DNA of 64,000 bases. Origin: an uncultured Verrucomicrobiae bacterium (lineage in GTDB: Bacteria > Verrucomicrobiota > Verrucomicrobiia > Chthoniobacterales > Chthoniobacteraceae). Of the stretch, positions 18,371 to 27,543 are shown piece after piece. The translations under genes were made by a program, and so were the position numbers. The notes below the pieces were generated by a model that was given only the letters and a program-made list of their open reading frames with translations, did not search any database and was not told the origin of the DNA. Location: the NCBI GenBank assembly GCA_963836755.1, contig CAWIKF010000002.1, positions 1 through 64,000 on the forward strand, in the 5' to 3' direction. Numbering within the stretch: position 1 is the stretch's first letter; every line of letters starts with the position of its first letter.

Positions 18371-20281
18371 ATGACTCCAGAATGGGACATCTCCTCGGCC
18401 GTTTCGCTTTACAATATTGACCGCTGGGGCACCGGCTACTTTTCCATCAACGAACGCGGCAACGTGCAGATTTTGCCGCAACAAAATGGCGCGGCGATCG
18501 ACATCATCGAGGTGCTCGCGGATGCGAAAGAGCAAGGGCTGAATTTTCCGCTCGTGCTCCGCTTTCAGGATTTGTTGCGGCATCGCGTCGAGACGATCAA
18601 CAAGGCATTCGATGCCGCGATTCGCGAGTCGGGTTATAACAACGTTTACCGCGGCGTTTTCCCGATCAAGGTCAACCAGCTCCGCGAAGTGGTCGAGGAA
18701 ATCATCGACGCGGGCAAGCCGTTCCACTTCGGCCTCGAGGCCGGCAGCAAGCCCGAGCTGACTGCGGCGCTCGCGATCCACAGCGACCCGGAAAGTTTGA
18801 TCATCTGCAACGGCTACAAGGACAGCCTCTTCATCAGCAACGCGCTCTTCGGCACAAAACTCGGCAAGCGGGTCGTAATGGTCGTGGAAAAAATCGAGGA
18901 GCTTTTTGAGATCCTGCGCGTCTCGCGCGAGGTCGGCGTCGAGCCAATGATCGGCCTGCGCGTGCGGCTGCAGAGCAAAGGCTCGGGCAAATGGGCGACG
19001 AGCGGCGGCGAGAACGCGAAGTTCGGATTGAGCACTGCGGATCTCGTTTGCGCGAGCGAAACGCTCCGGCGCGAAGGCTTGGCACATTGTTTAAAACTCG
19101 TTCACTTCCACGTCGGCTCGCAGGTGCCCGACATCGGCACGATCAAGCGCGCCGTGCGCGAGGCCGCGCGCTTTTATGCGAAGATCGTGAAGATGGGCCA
19201 CGATCTCGGCTATCTCGATGTCGGCGGCGGTCTCGGCGTCGATTACGACGGCTCGCGCACGACTTTCGACAGCTCGACGAATTATTCGCTCCAGGAATAT
19301 GCGCGCGACATTGTTTACAATGTGCTGGACGTTTGCGATTCGGAAAAAGTTCCCCATCCAGTGCTCGTGAGCGAAAGCGGACGCGCGATCGTCGCGCATC
19401 ATTCGGTGCTGGTTGTCGAGGCGTTTGGTTCCATTGAAAAGAACGCCGACCCGCAGGAAATCGAGATGCTCGCGACCGACTCGAAACTCGTCAGCGAAAT
19501 TTCCGACATTCGCACGAATCTCTCGCGTCAAAACCGGCTCGAGAGTTTGCACGATGCACAGCAAATCAAGGAGCAGGCGCAATCAATGTTTGACCTCGGC
19601 CTGCTCGATCTAGAGAGCAAAGCGAAGATCGAGACCGTTTACTGGCGCATCGCGCAAGCCATCGTCGAACATTTTCGAGACGCCGAATACACGCCCGATG
19701 AAGTCAAGGAACTCGAGACCACGCTCAGCGATCAATACGTTTGCAACTTCTCCGTTTTCCAGTCGCTGCTCGATCATTGGGCGCTCGGCCAACTCTTCCC
19801 GATCATGCCGATTCACCGGCTCGACACGGAGCCGCAGCGCAACGGAACGCTCGTGGACATCACTTGCGATTCGGATGGAAAGGTCAGCAAATTCATCGAT
19901 CTACAGGATGTGAAGGAGACACTCCCCTTGCACCGGCTGCACAGCGGCGAGCCTTATTACATCGGCATCTTCCTCATGGGCGCCTACCAGGACATCATGG
20001 GCGACCTGCACAATCTTTTCGGCCGCGTGAATGAGGCGCACGTCTTTCTCGATGACGATGAAGAGGACGGATTTTACATCGAGGAAACGATTGAGGGGAG
20101 CACGATCGGTGAGGTGCTCACGCTCACTCAGTGGAATCAGAATGAGTTGATCAGGCTCGTCAAAATCCAAGTCGATGCCGCGATCAAAAGCGATCGTCTA
20201 AAGCCGAACGATGCGATGAAACTCCTCGCAAACTTTGAGCGCGGGCTCAAAGGCTACACCTACCTTCACCTCAACGGCTGA
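18371..20281 (+). CDS. speA: Biosynthetic arginine decarboxylase
   Basis: VFPIKVNQ (PLP lysine), LEAGSKPEL, HFHVGSQ, DITCDSDG and GAYQDIMGDLHNLFG. Confidence 0.95.
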   Translation: MTPEWDISSAVSLYNIDRWGTGYFSINERGNVQILPQQNGAAIDIIEVLADAKEQGLNFPLVLRFQDLLRHRVETINKAFDAAIRESGYNNVYRGVFPIKVNQLREVVEEIIDAGKPFHFGLEAGSKPELTAALAIHSDPESLIICNGYKDSLFISNALFGTKLGKRVVMVVEKIEELFEILRVSREVGVEPMIGLRVRLQSKGSGKWATSGGENAKFGLSTADLVCASETLRREGLAHCLKLVHFHVGSQVPDIGTIKRAVREAARFYAKIVKMGHDLGYLDVGGGLGVDYDGSRTTFDSSTNYSLQEYARDIVYNVLDVCDSEKVPHPVLVSESGRAIVAHHSVLVVEAFGSIEKNADPQEIEMLATDSKLVSEISDIRTNLSRQNRLESLHDAQQIKEQAQSMFDLGLLDLESKAKIETVYWRIAQAIVEHFRDAEYTPDEVKELETTLSDQYVCNFSVFQSLLDHWALGQLFPIMPIHRLDTEPQRNGTLVDITCDSDGKVSKFIDLQDVKETLPLHRLHSGEPYYIGIFLMGAYQDIMGDLHNLFGRVNEAHVFLDDDEEDGFYIEETIEGSTIGEVLTLTQWNQNELIRLVKIQVDAAIKSDRLKPNDAMKLLANFERGLKGYTYLHLNG

Positions 20282-20312
20282 GGCAAAATTGCGGGGCCAA
20301 ACGGGGCGGCCC

Positions 20313-20339
20313 AAGCTGCGTTGCTAGGGCTCGAACCTA
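20313..20339 (-). repeat. Degenerate copy of the tRNA-Gln 3' end (putative att site)
   Basis: aagctgcgttgctagggctcgaaccta versus aagctgcctcgctaggactcgaaccta at 22957-22983: 24/27 identical, same orientation. Confidence 0.75.
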
Positions 20340-20400
20340 CCGCGAAACGGATCCGGTAAAAGTCCTCAAAAGACAAGTCCGCAACTTTCTCCCGAATCAA

Positions 20401-21366
20401 TTAAGAAGGATTCGGCATCGCGTCGATCTGCTTCACGACTGCCCGCCGCGCCTCGGTCTGAATCTGCGCAGGCGAAACCTCCGCTTTGTCGCTCGCATGC
20501 GCGGCGAACGCATTCCGGAGCGCCGTCACGAAAAGCGTAACACCATATTTATCCGGGGTCGTGTGATTCTCCGCGGCCATCGCCTTGAGCTTGGCATACT
20601 GGGGCAGCGTCAGGCTATCGATGGTGAAATTCACGGCGATCCGCATGCTGGCGATCTCGGGCTTCGCCATCCAGCCTTGTTCCACCTGCTCGAGCTGGGC
20701 AGGCGTGGCGCCGAAGGCCTTGAGGATCGCTTTCGCCATCGCCTGGTGGCCATCCGGGTTCGGATGCACACCATCGACGGTGAGGAGAAGGCCTTCGTGT
20801 TGGCCGGCTGCCTTGATGATTGTCTGGTAGGCAGCGTTCTCCTCGGCCAGCGGCAAATGGCGGGCCTGCGCGGTCTGGCGCAGAAAATCGTTGTAAGCCG
20901 CGAGCTTTACGTTGTTCGGATTGCCCAAGTCCTCGCCGATCGTTGTCGAGGTCATCACGACAACTTTGATGCCCGCCTCCTGGCACTGGTCGAGAATGGA
21001 CGTGATGTTCTTCTCGTAAGTCGGAAGGTCGACGCCATTGGCGCCGTGCCAGACATCGTTGACGCCGCAACTCAGCGTCATCCAGTCCGGCTTCTTGCTC
21101 AGGACATCGTGGTCGAGCCTCGCGAGCATGTCCCGCGAGGTGTGACCGCTGATGCCGGCGGGGATGGGCGTGATTTTCACGCCGAGCGTGGCTAGCCCAT
21201 CAGTCACCAGGTGCACGTAACCGCCCGGAGAGCCCCACCCTTGCGCGGTGATCGAGTCGCCGAGGAAGGCGACTGTCTGCCCGTTCTTGACCAGCAATTC
21301 GCCCCACGAAAGCTGGATGGAGACGATCAAGCTGGCGAGGGAGAGGAGGAAAATTTTTGGCAACAT
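20401..21366 (-). CDS. Secreted SGNH/GDSL hydrolase
   Basis: FLGDSIT, GISG, GVND and DGVHPN blocks; signal peptide; extra C-terminal helical region. Confidence 0.9.
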   Translation of the reverse strand: MLPKIFLLSLASLIVSIQLSWGELLVKNGQTVAFLGDSITAQGWGSPGGYVHLVTDGLATLGVKITPIPAGISGHTSRDMLARLDHDVLSKKPDWMTLSCGVNDVWHGANGVDLPTYEKNITSILDQCQEAGIKVVVMTSTTIGEDLGNPNNVKLAAYNDFLRQTAQARHLPLAEENAAYQTIIKAAGQHEGLLLTVDGVHPNPDGHQAMAKAILKAFGATPAQLEQVEQGWMAKPEIASMRIAVNFTIDSLTLPQYAKLKAMAAENHTTPDKYGVTLFVTALRNAFAAHASDKAEVSPAQIQTEARRAVVKQIDAMPNPS

Positions 21367-21438
21367 CGTTCAACTTGTATGGAAGCTGGGCGGCTGTTTC
21401 CAGCCGAAAAACCGCAGCGTCCGTCGTCGCTAAAATGA

Positions 21439-22893
21439 TCAGAACTCGGGCGGGATCGGCTTGGTGAGAATCGCTGGATATTTTTTCAGCACTTGAATGA
21501 CGAACTCGCCGTAGAGATTATCAACCCAGGCGAACCAGTGGCGCGTATATTGCGACGGATCGTCTTTGAAGAACGATTCGTGCATGAAACCGGTGCCAGC
21601 CGACGAATTCTTCAACATGGCGAGGCAATGCGTGATCTCCACTGGATCCGTGCTCGTCAATCCGCGCGAAACGATACCCAGCGGCCAAATCCAGTTGAAG
21701 TCTTTGTGATGACCCGCACCGTGCGGGCTGCCCGTCCCCTCCGCCGCCGTCCCGCGCGAGAAATAAGGATTGTCCAGGCTCAATGAAAAAGCGCGCGACG
21801 CCAGCACTAGCGGATTTCCCGCCAATGATGGCGTGAAGTATGGAATCGAAACCAGGCCGGGCAGCCCGGCGTCCTCCATCAAGAGCGAATGGCCCAAGCC
21901 GTCCACCTCATAGGCATACATCCGGCCATACTTCGGATGCGTCACCACGCCATAATCGTCCACACCTTTCTGCACCTCCGCGGCGAGCGCTCGGCAATCC
22001 GCTGCCAGCGGATCGCCCGGCTTCATCGCGTCCGTCATTTCCGCCAGTTGGCCCAGTGCCGTGATGGCAAAAAGATTGTCCGGAATATTGAAAAGATAAG
22101 TGGCTGGATCGTCGGACGCCCGGAAAGCCGTGCAGATCATGCCGGTCGGCTTGATCGGCGGACCCCAGCCGGAGTTTGCCAACCGCCCCTCGAAGCGATA
22201 CGGCCCGTTTCCATCCTTGCGCTGCTGGTCGCGCATCGTCGCCTCCGCCAGGTGCATCGCCTTCCAAAAATCGTTGTCAAACGTCGCTTTATCTCCGGTG
22301 ATCTTCCAATACTGGTAGGCAAGGCGAATGCAATAGCAGAGCGAATCGAGTTCCCAATCGCGCTGATAGACGCCCGGCAACATCTGCGTTTTGTCGCGCA
22401 CATGCGGGCTCGGCTTCGAGGCGTCCGGCATAAACGCGTTGGCATACGGATCGAGAAGAATGCACGCCGCCTGATGATGAATCAGCCCAGCCACCATCCC
22501 GGCAAGGTGCGGATCTTTGTCGCAGAGATGCAGGTAACCCTGAACCTGCGCAGAGGAATCTCGCAGCCACATGGCGTTGATGTCCCCCGTGATGACCATG
22601 GTATCGGGCTTTCCGCCGGCGTCCGAGAAATGGACGGTGGTATCGAGCGTGTTCGGATAGCAGGCCTGGAAAATCCACGCTACATCGGGATCGGCAATGG
22701 CGCTCGTGACGCGGACGATCTCCTTTTCCACCGCTTCGCTGACAAACTTGCGCTTCTCGGGCGCTGGCCGGGTGGACGGGCGTGTCGCAGCCTTCGGTGT
22801 TTCGGCAAGCGCTACCGAACTTGCGGCAAAACCCAGAATCGTCAGAAGTAGCGCGCTACGTGAAAGCTGGGGGAAGCAGAAGCGGATGATCAT
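21439..22893 (-). CDS. Glycoside hydrolase family 125 (exo-alpha-1,6-mannosidase-like), secreted
   Basis: PNTLDTTV, ITGDINAMWLRDS, WELDSLC, FRASDD, GFMHESF and TRHWFAW motifs. Confidence 0.9.
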   Translation of the reverse strand: MIIRFCFPQLSRSALLLTILGFAASSVALAETPKAATRPSTRPAPEKRKFVSEAVEKEIVRVTSAIADPDVAWIFQACYPNTLDTTVHFSDAGGKPDTMVITGDINAMWLRDSSAQVQGYLHLCDKDPHLAGMVAGLIHHQAACILLDPYANAFMPDASKPSPHVRDKTQMLPGVYQRDWELDSLCYCIRLAYQYWKITGDKATFDNDFWKAMHLAEATMRDQQRKDGNGPYRFEGRLANSGWGPPIKPTGMICTAFRASDDPATYLFNIPDNLFAITALGQLAEMTDAMKPGDPLAADCRALAAEVQKGVDDYGVVTHPKYGRMYAYEVDGLGHSLLMEDAGLPGLVSIPYFTPSLAGNPLVLASRAFSLSLDNPYFSRGTAAEGTGSPHGAGHHKDFNWIWPLGIVSRGLTSTDPVEITHCLAMLKNSSAGTGFMHESFFKDDPSQYTRHWFAWVDNLYGEFVIQVLKKYPAILTKPIPPEF

Positions 22894-22959
22894 AAAAGTT
22901 GTGACGAATAAAGCGAAAGCCTACAGACACTTGGCGCCAGAGAAAAGGCTGTCGAAAAG

Positions 22960-23030
22960 CTGCCTCGCTAGGACTCGAACCTAGACAAAATGATTCAGAG
23001 TCATTTGTGCTACCATTACACCACGAGGCA
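22960..23030 (-). tRNA. tRNA-Gln(CTG), CCA not encoded
   Basis: Reverse complement TGCCTCGTGGTGTAATGGTAGCACAAATGACTCTGAATCATTTTGTCTAGGTTCGAGTCCTAGCGAGGCAG. Confidence 0.95.
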
Positions 23031-23087
23031 TTCGAGGGAGGCAGAAAATAAAAGCCGCTCGTCGGAAAGCAACGTTTTTCGGCCCGC

Positions 23088-23750
23088 TTATTTTCCGAGT
23101 GGACGCGAAATGTGTGCGCCTGCGGGCGGAGTGAATTCGAACGTGGACGCCGGCAGCGGCGTGCGGCGCGGATTGGTGTAGCTGGTCAAAAGATGATCGC
23201 CCTTCGGCAAAAATAGCTCCGTTTTCTCCGGCTTGAAATCGCTGCCGAGCGTGAGGATGAGCCGCTCAACGATGCGCTTCAGGTTCGACTTTTTCGGCGT
23301 GAGCTCCAGCCGGTAGGTGTCGCCGTCATGCCACGCGCGGAAGTTGTAAAACTCATCAATGTGCTGAAAATTCAGGCCCGCCGTGAGCGCGGAAAGTGAG
23401 TCGTCGAAAAATGCCCGCTGTCCGAGCGTGTAAAACTCCGCCTCCTTGAAATTCGGGTAGTAAATCCAGAGCACCTTGCCGTTGCAAACAGTCGTGCTGG
23501 GGCTGTTGCCATGGACTTCGCGCCGAAATTTGTCGGGCGATTGAAACCAGACGGTGCCTTCGCTGGAGAGTGGCTTTTTCAGTAAATGCGTCGTCTTTTC
23601 CTCAATGAAGTTTGATTCCAGCGACGGCTCTTTTTCGTGCAGCTCGCGCAGTTTCTTCAATAGGTCGGCGCGTTCCGGCGGCGTGAGTTCGGCCGCGTGG
23701 ACGAAGCCGGAAAGGAGAATCGGGAGGAGTAGGGCGATGCGGATTTTCAT
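23088..23750 (-). CDS. LolA-like outer-membrane lipoprotein carrier fold protein
   Basis: Signal peptide, SEGTVWFQSPDKFR, NGKVLWIYYP and FEFTPPAGA C-terminus. Confidence 0.85.
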   Translation of the reverse strand: MKIRIALLLPILLSGFVHAAELTPPERADLLKKLRELHEKEPSLESNFIEEKTTHLLKKPLSSEGTVWFQSPDKFRREVHGNSPSTTVCNGKVLWIYYPNFKEAEFYTLGQRAFFDDSLSALTAGLNFQHIDEFYNFRAWHDGDTYRLELTPKKSNLKRIVERLILTLGSDFKPEKTELFLPKGDHLLTSYTNPRRTPLPASTFEFTPPAGAHISRPLGK

Positions 23751-24613
23751 GCGTTTTGGGCGAGCGGGGCGTAGTTATACCATTGTTCGGGATGCGCGCG
23801 GATCATGGACTCAAAAACCTGCGCGATGCGCTGCGTATTCGCGGCGGCGTTGTCGCCCATTTCGACTGCAGGCTCGATGATGGAGACGTAACGGCCCGAT
23901 GCCATTTGCAAAACAAACGCCGGCAGCACCGCCGCTCCGGTGTGCGACCAGAGCAACGCCGGAGCATTGGAAAAAAGCAGCTCGCGCTCGAAAAACTGCA
24001 CCGGCGCGCCGGAGCCCGCGTAAGGCCGATCGACCAGCATCGCGACAAATTCGTTACGCCGCAACGCGCCGATGATCTCGACGAAAGCAAATTTGTCGGC
24101 GCCCACGGCGATGGTTTTGATCCCGAGCCGGCGGCGGTAATTTTCGCGCCAACGCGTGAGCTCGCTGGTCGGCTCCTCGAGCGTGACGACAGTCAGCGGC
24201 ACGCCTTCGAGTGCGAGCAGGATGCCGCCGAGTTCCCAATTGCCGAGATGCGCCGTGATCAGGATGCCGCCTTTCCCGCGCGCGCGCGCGGCGGTGAGAT
24301 TTTCAAAACCGCGCCAGCTTCCCAGCAGCGCTCGGATTTGCGGCGGCTCGGCCGTCGAGCAGTAAAAATAATCGGCAAGCATTTTCAAAAAGTTCGCAAA
24401 GTTCGCACGGCACAAATCATCGAGATCGTTTCCGCGACGGTTCGTGACCAGGCGCAAATTTTCGCGCAGCGCTGCTCGCCCCTCGGTCGCGAGCGCGTAG
24501 CTCGCCGTGCCGATCGCGCCCGCAATTTCCTGCGAAAAATCGCGCGGCAACATCTGCGCCAGCGCAAGCGCCGCCCTAAAAGTAGCGAGTCGATAAGCGG
24601 GATTGCGCTTCAT
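23747..24613 (-). CDS. Lysophospholipid / lipid A-type acyltransferase
   Basis: ITAHLGNWE (H-x4-E), LVDR and HPEQWY motifs; start at 24613 overlaps the MMPL stop (ATGA). Confidence 0.85.
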   Translation of the reverse strand: MKRNPAYRLATFRAALALAQMLPRDFSQEIAGAIGTASYALATEGRAALRENLRLVTNRRGNDLDDLCRANFANFLKMLADYFYCSTAEPPQIRALLGSWRGFENLTAARARGKGGILITAHLGNWELGGILLALEGVPLTVVTLEEPTSELTRWRENYRRRLGIKTIAVGADKFAFVEIIGALRRNEFVAMLVDRPYAGSGAPVQFFERELLFSNAPALLWSHTGAAVLPAFVLQMASGRYVSIIEPAVEMGDNAAANTQRIAQVFESMIRAHPEQWYNYAPLAQNA

Positions 24614-27090
24614 CGCGAACCGCGCGCGACGTAGGCCGGCAGGATGAAAAAGATCGTCGAAAACAGGCACCATGCGATGCCGAGCGCGCAGACGATGCCG
24701 AGCGTGCTCAGCGCCGGATTGTGCGCGAGCCCGAGCGAACCAAATCCAGCGACGGCAGTGAGCCCGCTCAGCAAAACCGGCTTCAAGATCGTCGCGAAAA
24801 CCCCTTCGCGCTCGCCCGGCTGCCGCACTGCGACCAAAATATAAATGCCATAATCGACGCCGACACCGAGCACGAGCGGGAACGCGAGCACGTTGAAAAG
24901 ATTGAGCGGAATGGCGAAAATTTTGAGGCAAGTGATCATCGCGCCGATCGAAAGTCCGAGGCTGAGCATGAGGATGACCAGCGATTGAAAGCTGCGATAC
25001 AAAAACACAAGCAGCACGATGTTAAACAACAGCATTGCGACGCTCAGCACGATCAATTTGCTCTGCGCCCACGGCACCAGATCGGCCATGACGTAGCTCC
25101 AGCCGGTCGGCTGAATCGTCGCGCCGGGCGTCTGCAATTCATTATGCAGCACACTTTTTTCAGTCTCGCTTGAAATCGTTTTTAGCGGTGTGACATAGGC
25201 CACACCGACGTTCGGTTCCGTTCCGAAAAAGCGATCGAGCACAAACCACCAGCTCGAGTTTTCGGGTAAAAGTTGCCGCCAATCCAGCAGTGAAGACGGT
25301 TGCCGGGCAGCGACCTGAAGTCCATCGAGAACCGCAAACGCGCTTTTGAAACCATCAATCGAGAAACCGGCGTCGTTCAGAGTCTTCGTCAAATCCGCCC
25401 GAATCGCGGGAATATCGAGCGCGGAAACTTTTGCTGCATTCGATTGCACCCGCTCCGGTGAAAGTGCAAACGCCGCGGGCGAGGAGAAATTTTTGATCAC
25501 GCCGCGCTGCACCAATTCCGTCCAATGCACGCTGAGCCGCGCCCATTGATCGTAAAAATTCTGCTGGCTCGCCGCCTTGACGATCACAAGCATAGGCTCG
25601 ATTCCAGCCGCGGACATTTTCGCGGTGATGGTATGGAGCGCGTAGCCGGCCTGGCTGTCTTTCGGCTCGAGTGTTTTGGGATTCACCTCGATGTGGAGAC
25701 GCCCGATCGGCGCGATTGCCGCAACGCTCAGCAGGAAAAGCAGCGCGGCAGTCGCGATCAAAATTGTCATCGGTTTTTTAAAAACCAGATGCACATAGGA
25801 TCCGACAGCGCGGTAGAGCCAATCGTGAGGCGTCGGCTGATGCCGCGTTCCAAGCATCGCGAAAAACACGGTCATCATCAGGCCGCCCGCGAATAAAATC
25901 CCAGCGGCAATGAGCACGCCGAGCTGCGCGAACGCCGGGCAGTTGCTGAGCACGAGCGACCCGAATCCGGCCGCCGTGGTGATGGCGCCAAAAAAAACGC
26001 CGCGCCCGAGTTGTCGCAACGAGCTCGCGATTGCGGTTTCATGCTCCTCGCCGGCGTTTCGGAACGATTGGTAACTGCCGTAAAGCAGCATGCCGAAATC
26101 AACGCCGAGCCCGACGAGGATCGAGCAGAAGCCGATCGTGATCATGTTCAGCTGATGAAAAATCAGGCCGCCGACGACCGCGCCGAAAATGCAGCAAAGC
26201 AGCAGCACGCTCATGATCGCAACGAGCGGCCGGATGCAGCGAAAACCAATGTAAAACACCGCTGATACGAGCAAGATCGAGCCGAGCAGCGTCGTCACGA
26301 TGTCGTGCCGCATGCTTTCGGACATCTCGGCGACATAGGCGGTGCGGCCAGTGACGAGGATTTGCGGCGCCGGACCGTGCCAGCTCGCGACCACGCGAGT
26401 TCGGAAATCATCCACTTGCCGCATCACGGCCTGACATTCGTGCGGGCCGAGGCCGGCTTGATTCGTGACCGCGAGGACGAGATGCAGCGTGCCGTCCGCG
26501 GATGCCAGCGGCTGCGTTTGCTCCATGGAAAATGAGCCAGCGAGCGGCTTCAACGCTTGTGTGACAAGACCGAGCGGATCAAAGTTTAACTCCATCTCGG
26601 CCTTTGGAGATCCGGACTCGATTTCGCCGCGAAGCCTTTGCAGACGGGCGTGGAGCGCGTCCGGCTTCAATCCAGCAAGCGCCGCATCGAACGCCGCCGG
26701 CTCGAGATTCAGCAGCAGCGGAAGCGCGATGCTTTGCACCTCGGCGGCGCCTTCCGGCGAGTCCATCGGGGAGCGATCCATCACGCGCGAAACCCACGGC
26801 TCGGCCCGCAGCGCATCACCAAAATGTTGCGTGAAGCCGTCGAGATCGGTGGCGTGATTTGGATCGAAAAGCGCAAACGTCACCTCGCGTGCCTGCGTGA
26901 AATCATCGTTGAAAATCTTGAGCGCGTGAACCGATTGAAAGCTGCGCGGCAGCAGGTTCAGCACCTCGGAATCGAGCCGGACAAAAGCGACGACGAACGC
27001 CGCGGAGAGTGCGACGAGCATTGCGAGAACCGCCCAAACCCTCCCGCGTCGATGCGTGACAAGATGGGCAACCGCGCGATCAAAACTCAT
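24610..27090 (-). CDS. MMPL/RND family lipid exporter
   Basis: Two repeats of a periplasmic loop plus TM bundle, with GLGVDFG and GVGVDYG motifs. Confidence 0.9.
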   Translation of the reverse strand: MSFDRAVAHLVTHRRGRVWAVLAMLVALSAAFVVAFVRLDSEVLNLLPRSFQSVHALKIFNDDFTQAREVTFALFDPNHATDLDGFTQHFGDALRAEPWVSRVMDRSPMDSPEGAAEVQSIALPLLLNLEPAAFDAALAGLKPDALHARLQRLRGEIESGSPKAEMELNFDPLGLVTQALKPLAGSFSMEQTQPLASADGTLHLVLAVTNQAGLGPHECQAVMRQVDDFRTRVVASWHGPAPQILVTGRTAYVAEMSESMRHDIVTTLLGSILLVSAVFYIGFRCIRPLVAIMSVLLLCCIFGAVVGGLIFHQLNMITIGFCSILVGLGVDFGMLLYGSYQSFRNAGEEHETAIASSLRQLGRGVFFGAITTAAGFGSLVLSNCPAFAQLGVLIAAGILFAGGLMMTVFFAMLGTRHQPTPHDWLYRAVGSYVHLVFKKPMTILIATAALLFLLSVAAIAPIGRLHIEVNPKTLEPKDSQAGYALHTITAKMSAAGIEPMLVIVKAASQQNFYDQWARLSVHWTELVQRGVIKNFSSPAAFALSPERVQSNAAKVSALDIPAIRADLTKTLNDAGFSIDGFKSAFAVLDGLQVAARQPSSLLDWRQLLPENSSWWFVLDRFFGTEPNVGVAYVTPLKTISSETEKSVLHNELQTPGATIQPTGWSYVMADLVPWAQSKLIVLSVAMLLFNIVLLVFLYRSFQSLVILMLSLGLSIGAMITCLKIFAIPLNLFNVLAFPLVLGVGVDYGIYILVAVRQPGEREGVFATILKPVLLSGLTAVAGFGSLGLAHNPALSTLGIVCALGIAWCLFSTIFFILPAYVARGSR

Positions 27091-27108
27091 GCAGCAGGTC
27101 CGCCAGAT

Positions 27109-27543
27109 CTAGCGGTTGATTTGAAAAACGAACCGCTCTCCGGTGCGCGGAAAATCGGCGGTGACCTGGGAGCCGGTCCGCATCACATGCACGTCGGGAC
27201 GCGGGTGATTGAGCAGCACATCGCGCAGCGCGAGCCAGCTTCGCAGCTGCCCCGGCACGAAATGCTGCGGGTTTCCCTGCCACGAATGTCCCATGCCTTC
27301 AAACCGCGCGAGCGTGTCGCCGCTTTCATGAATACTCAGCAGCGGAACGCCGGGGCCCTTGGTAATATCCAGCTGAAAATCCGACGCTGACATTCGCGCG
27401 GTAAAGTCGCCGACGAACGAGCGTTTCGCGCTCATGTAAAACATTTGCCCAATCAATGTTTGCGCGTTCGGATTTTCCGCCGGGAAACGCGTGGACTGGC
27501 AGCCGGCAAGCGCGAGCAGCATGACAACGAGAAAATTTTTCAC
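27109..27543 (-). CDS. Hypothetical lipoprotein
   Basis: GTG start overlapping the upstream stop; MKNFLVVMLLALAGC lipobox. Confidence 0.7.
   Translation of the reverse strand: MKNFLVVMLLALAGCQSTRFPAENPNAQTLIGQMFYMSAKRSFVGDFTARMSASDFQLDITKGPGVPLLSIHESGDTLARFEGMGHSWQGNPQHFVPGQLRSWLALRDVLLNHPRPDVHVMRTGSQVTADFPRTGERFVFQINR

Noticed and set aside
17657..19087. 476-aa minus-strand ORF
   Set aside because: Antisense to the MBL hydrolase and speA, both of which have clear motifs.
20295..20309. 15-bp exact match (ggccaaacggggcgg) to the tRNA-Tyr D-arm, beside the tRNA-Gln remnant
   Set aside because: Short, GC-rich, in the opposite orientation and not the tRNA 3' end used for integration; cannot be distinguished from chance.
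24614..24931. N-terminal extension of the acyltransferase ORF in the ORF track
   Set aside because: Overlaps the MMPL C-terminus; the ATG at 24613 gives a standard 4-bp overlap.
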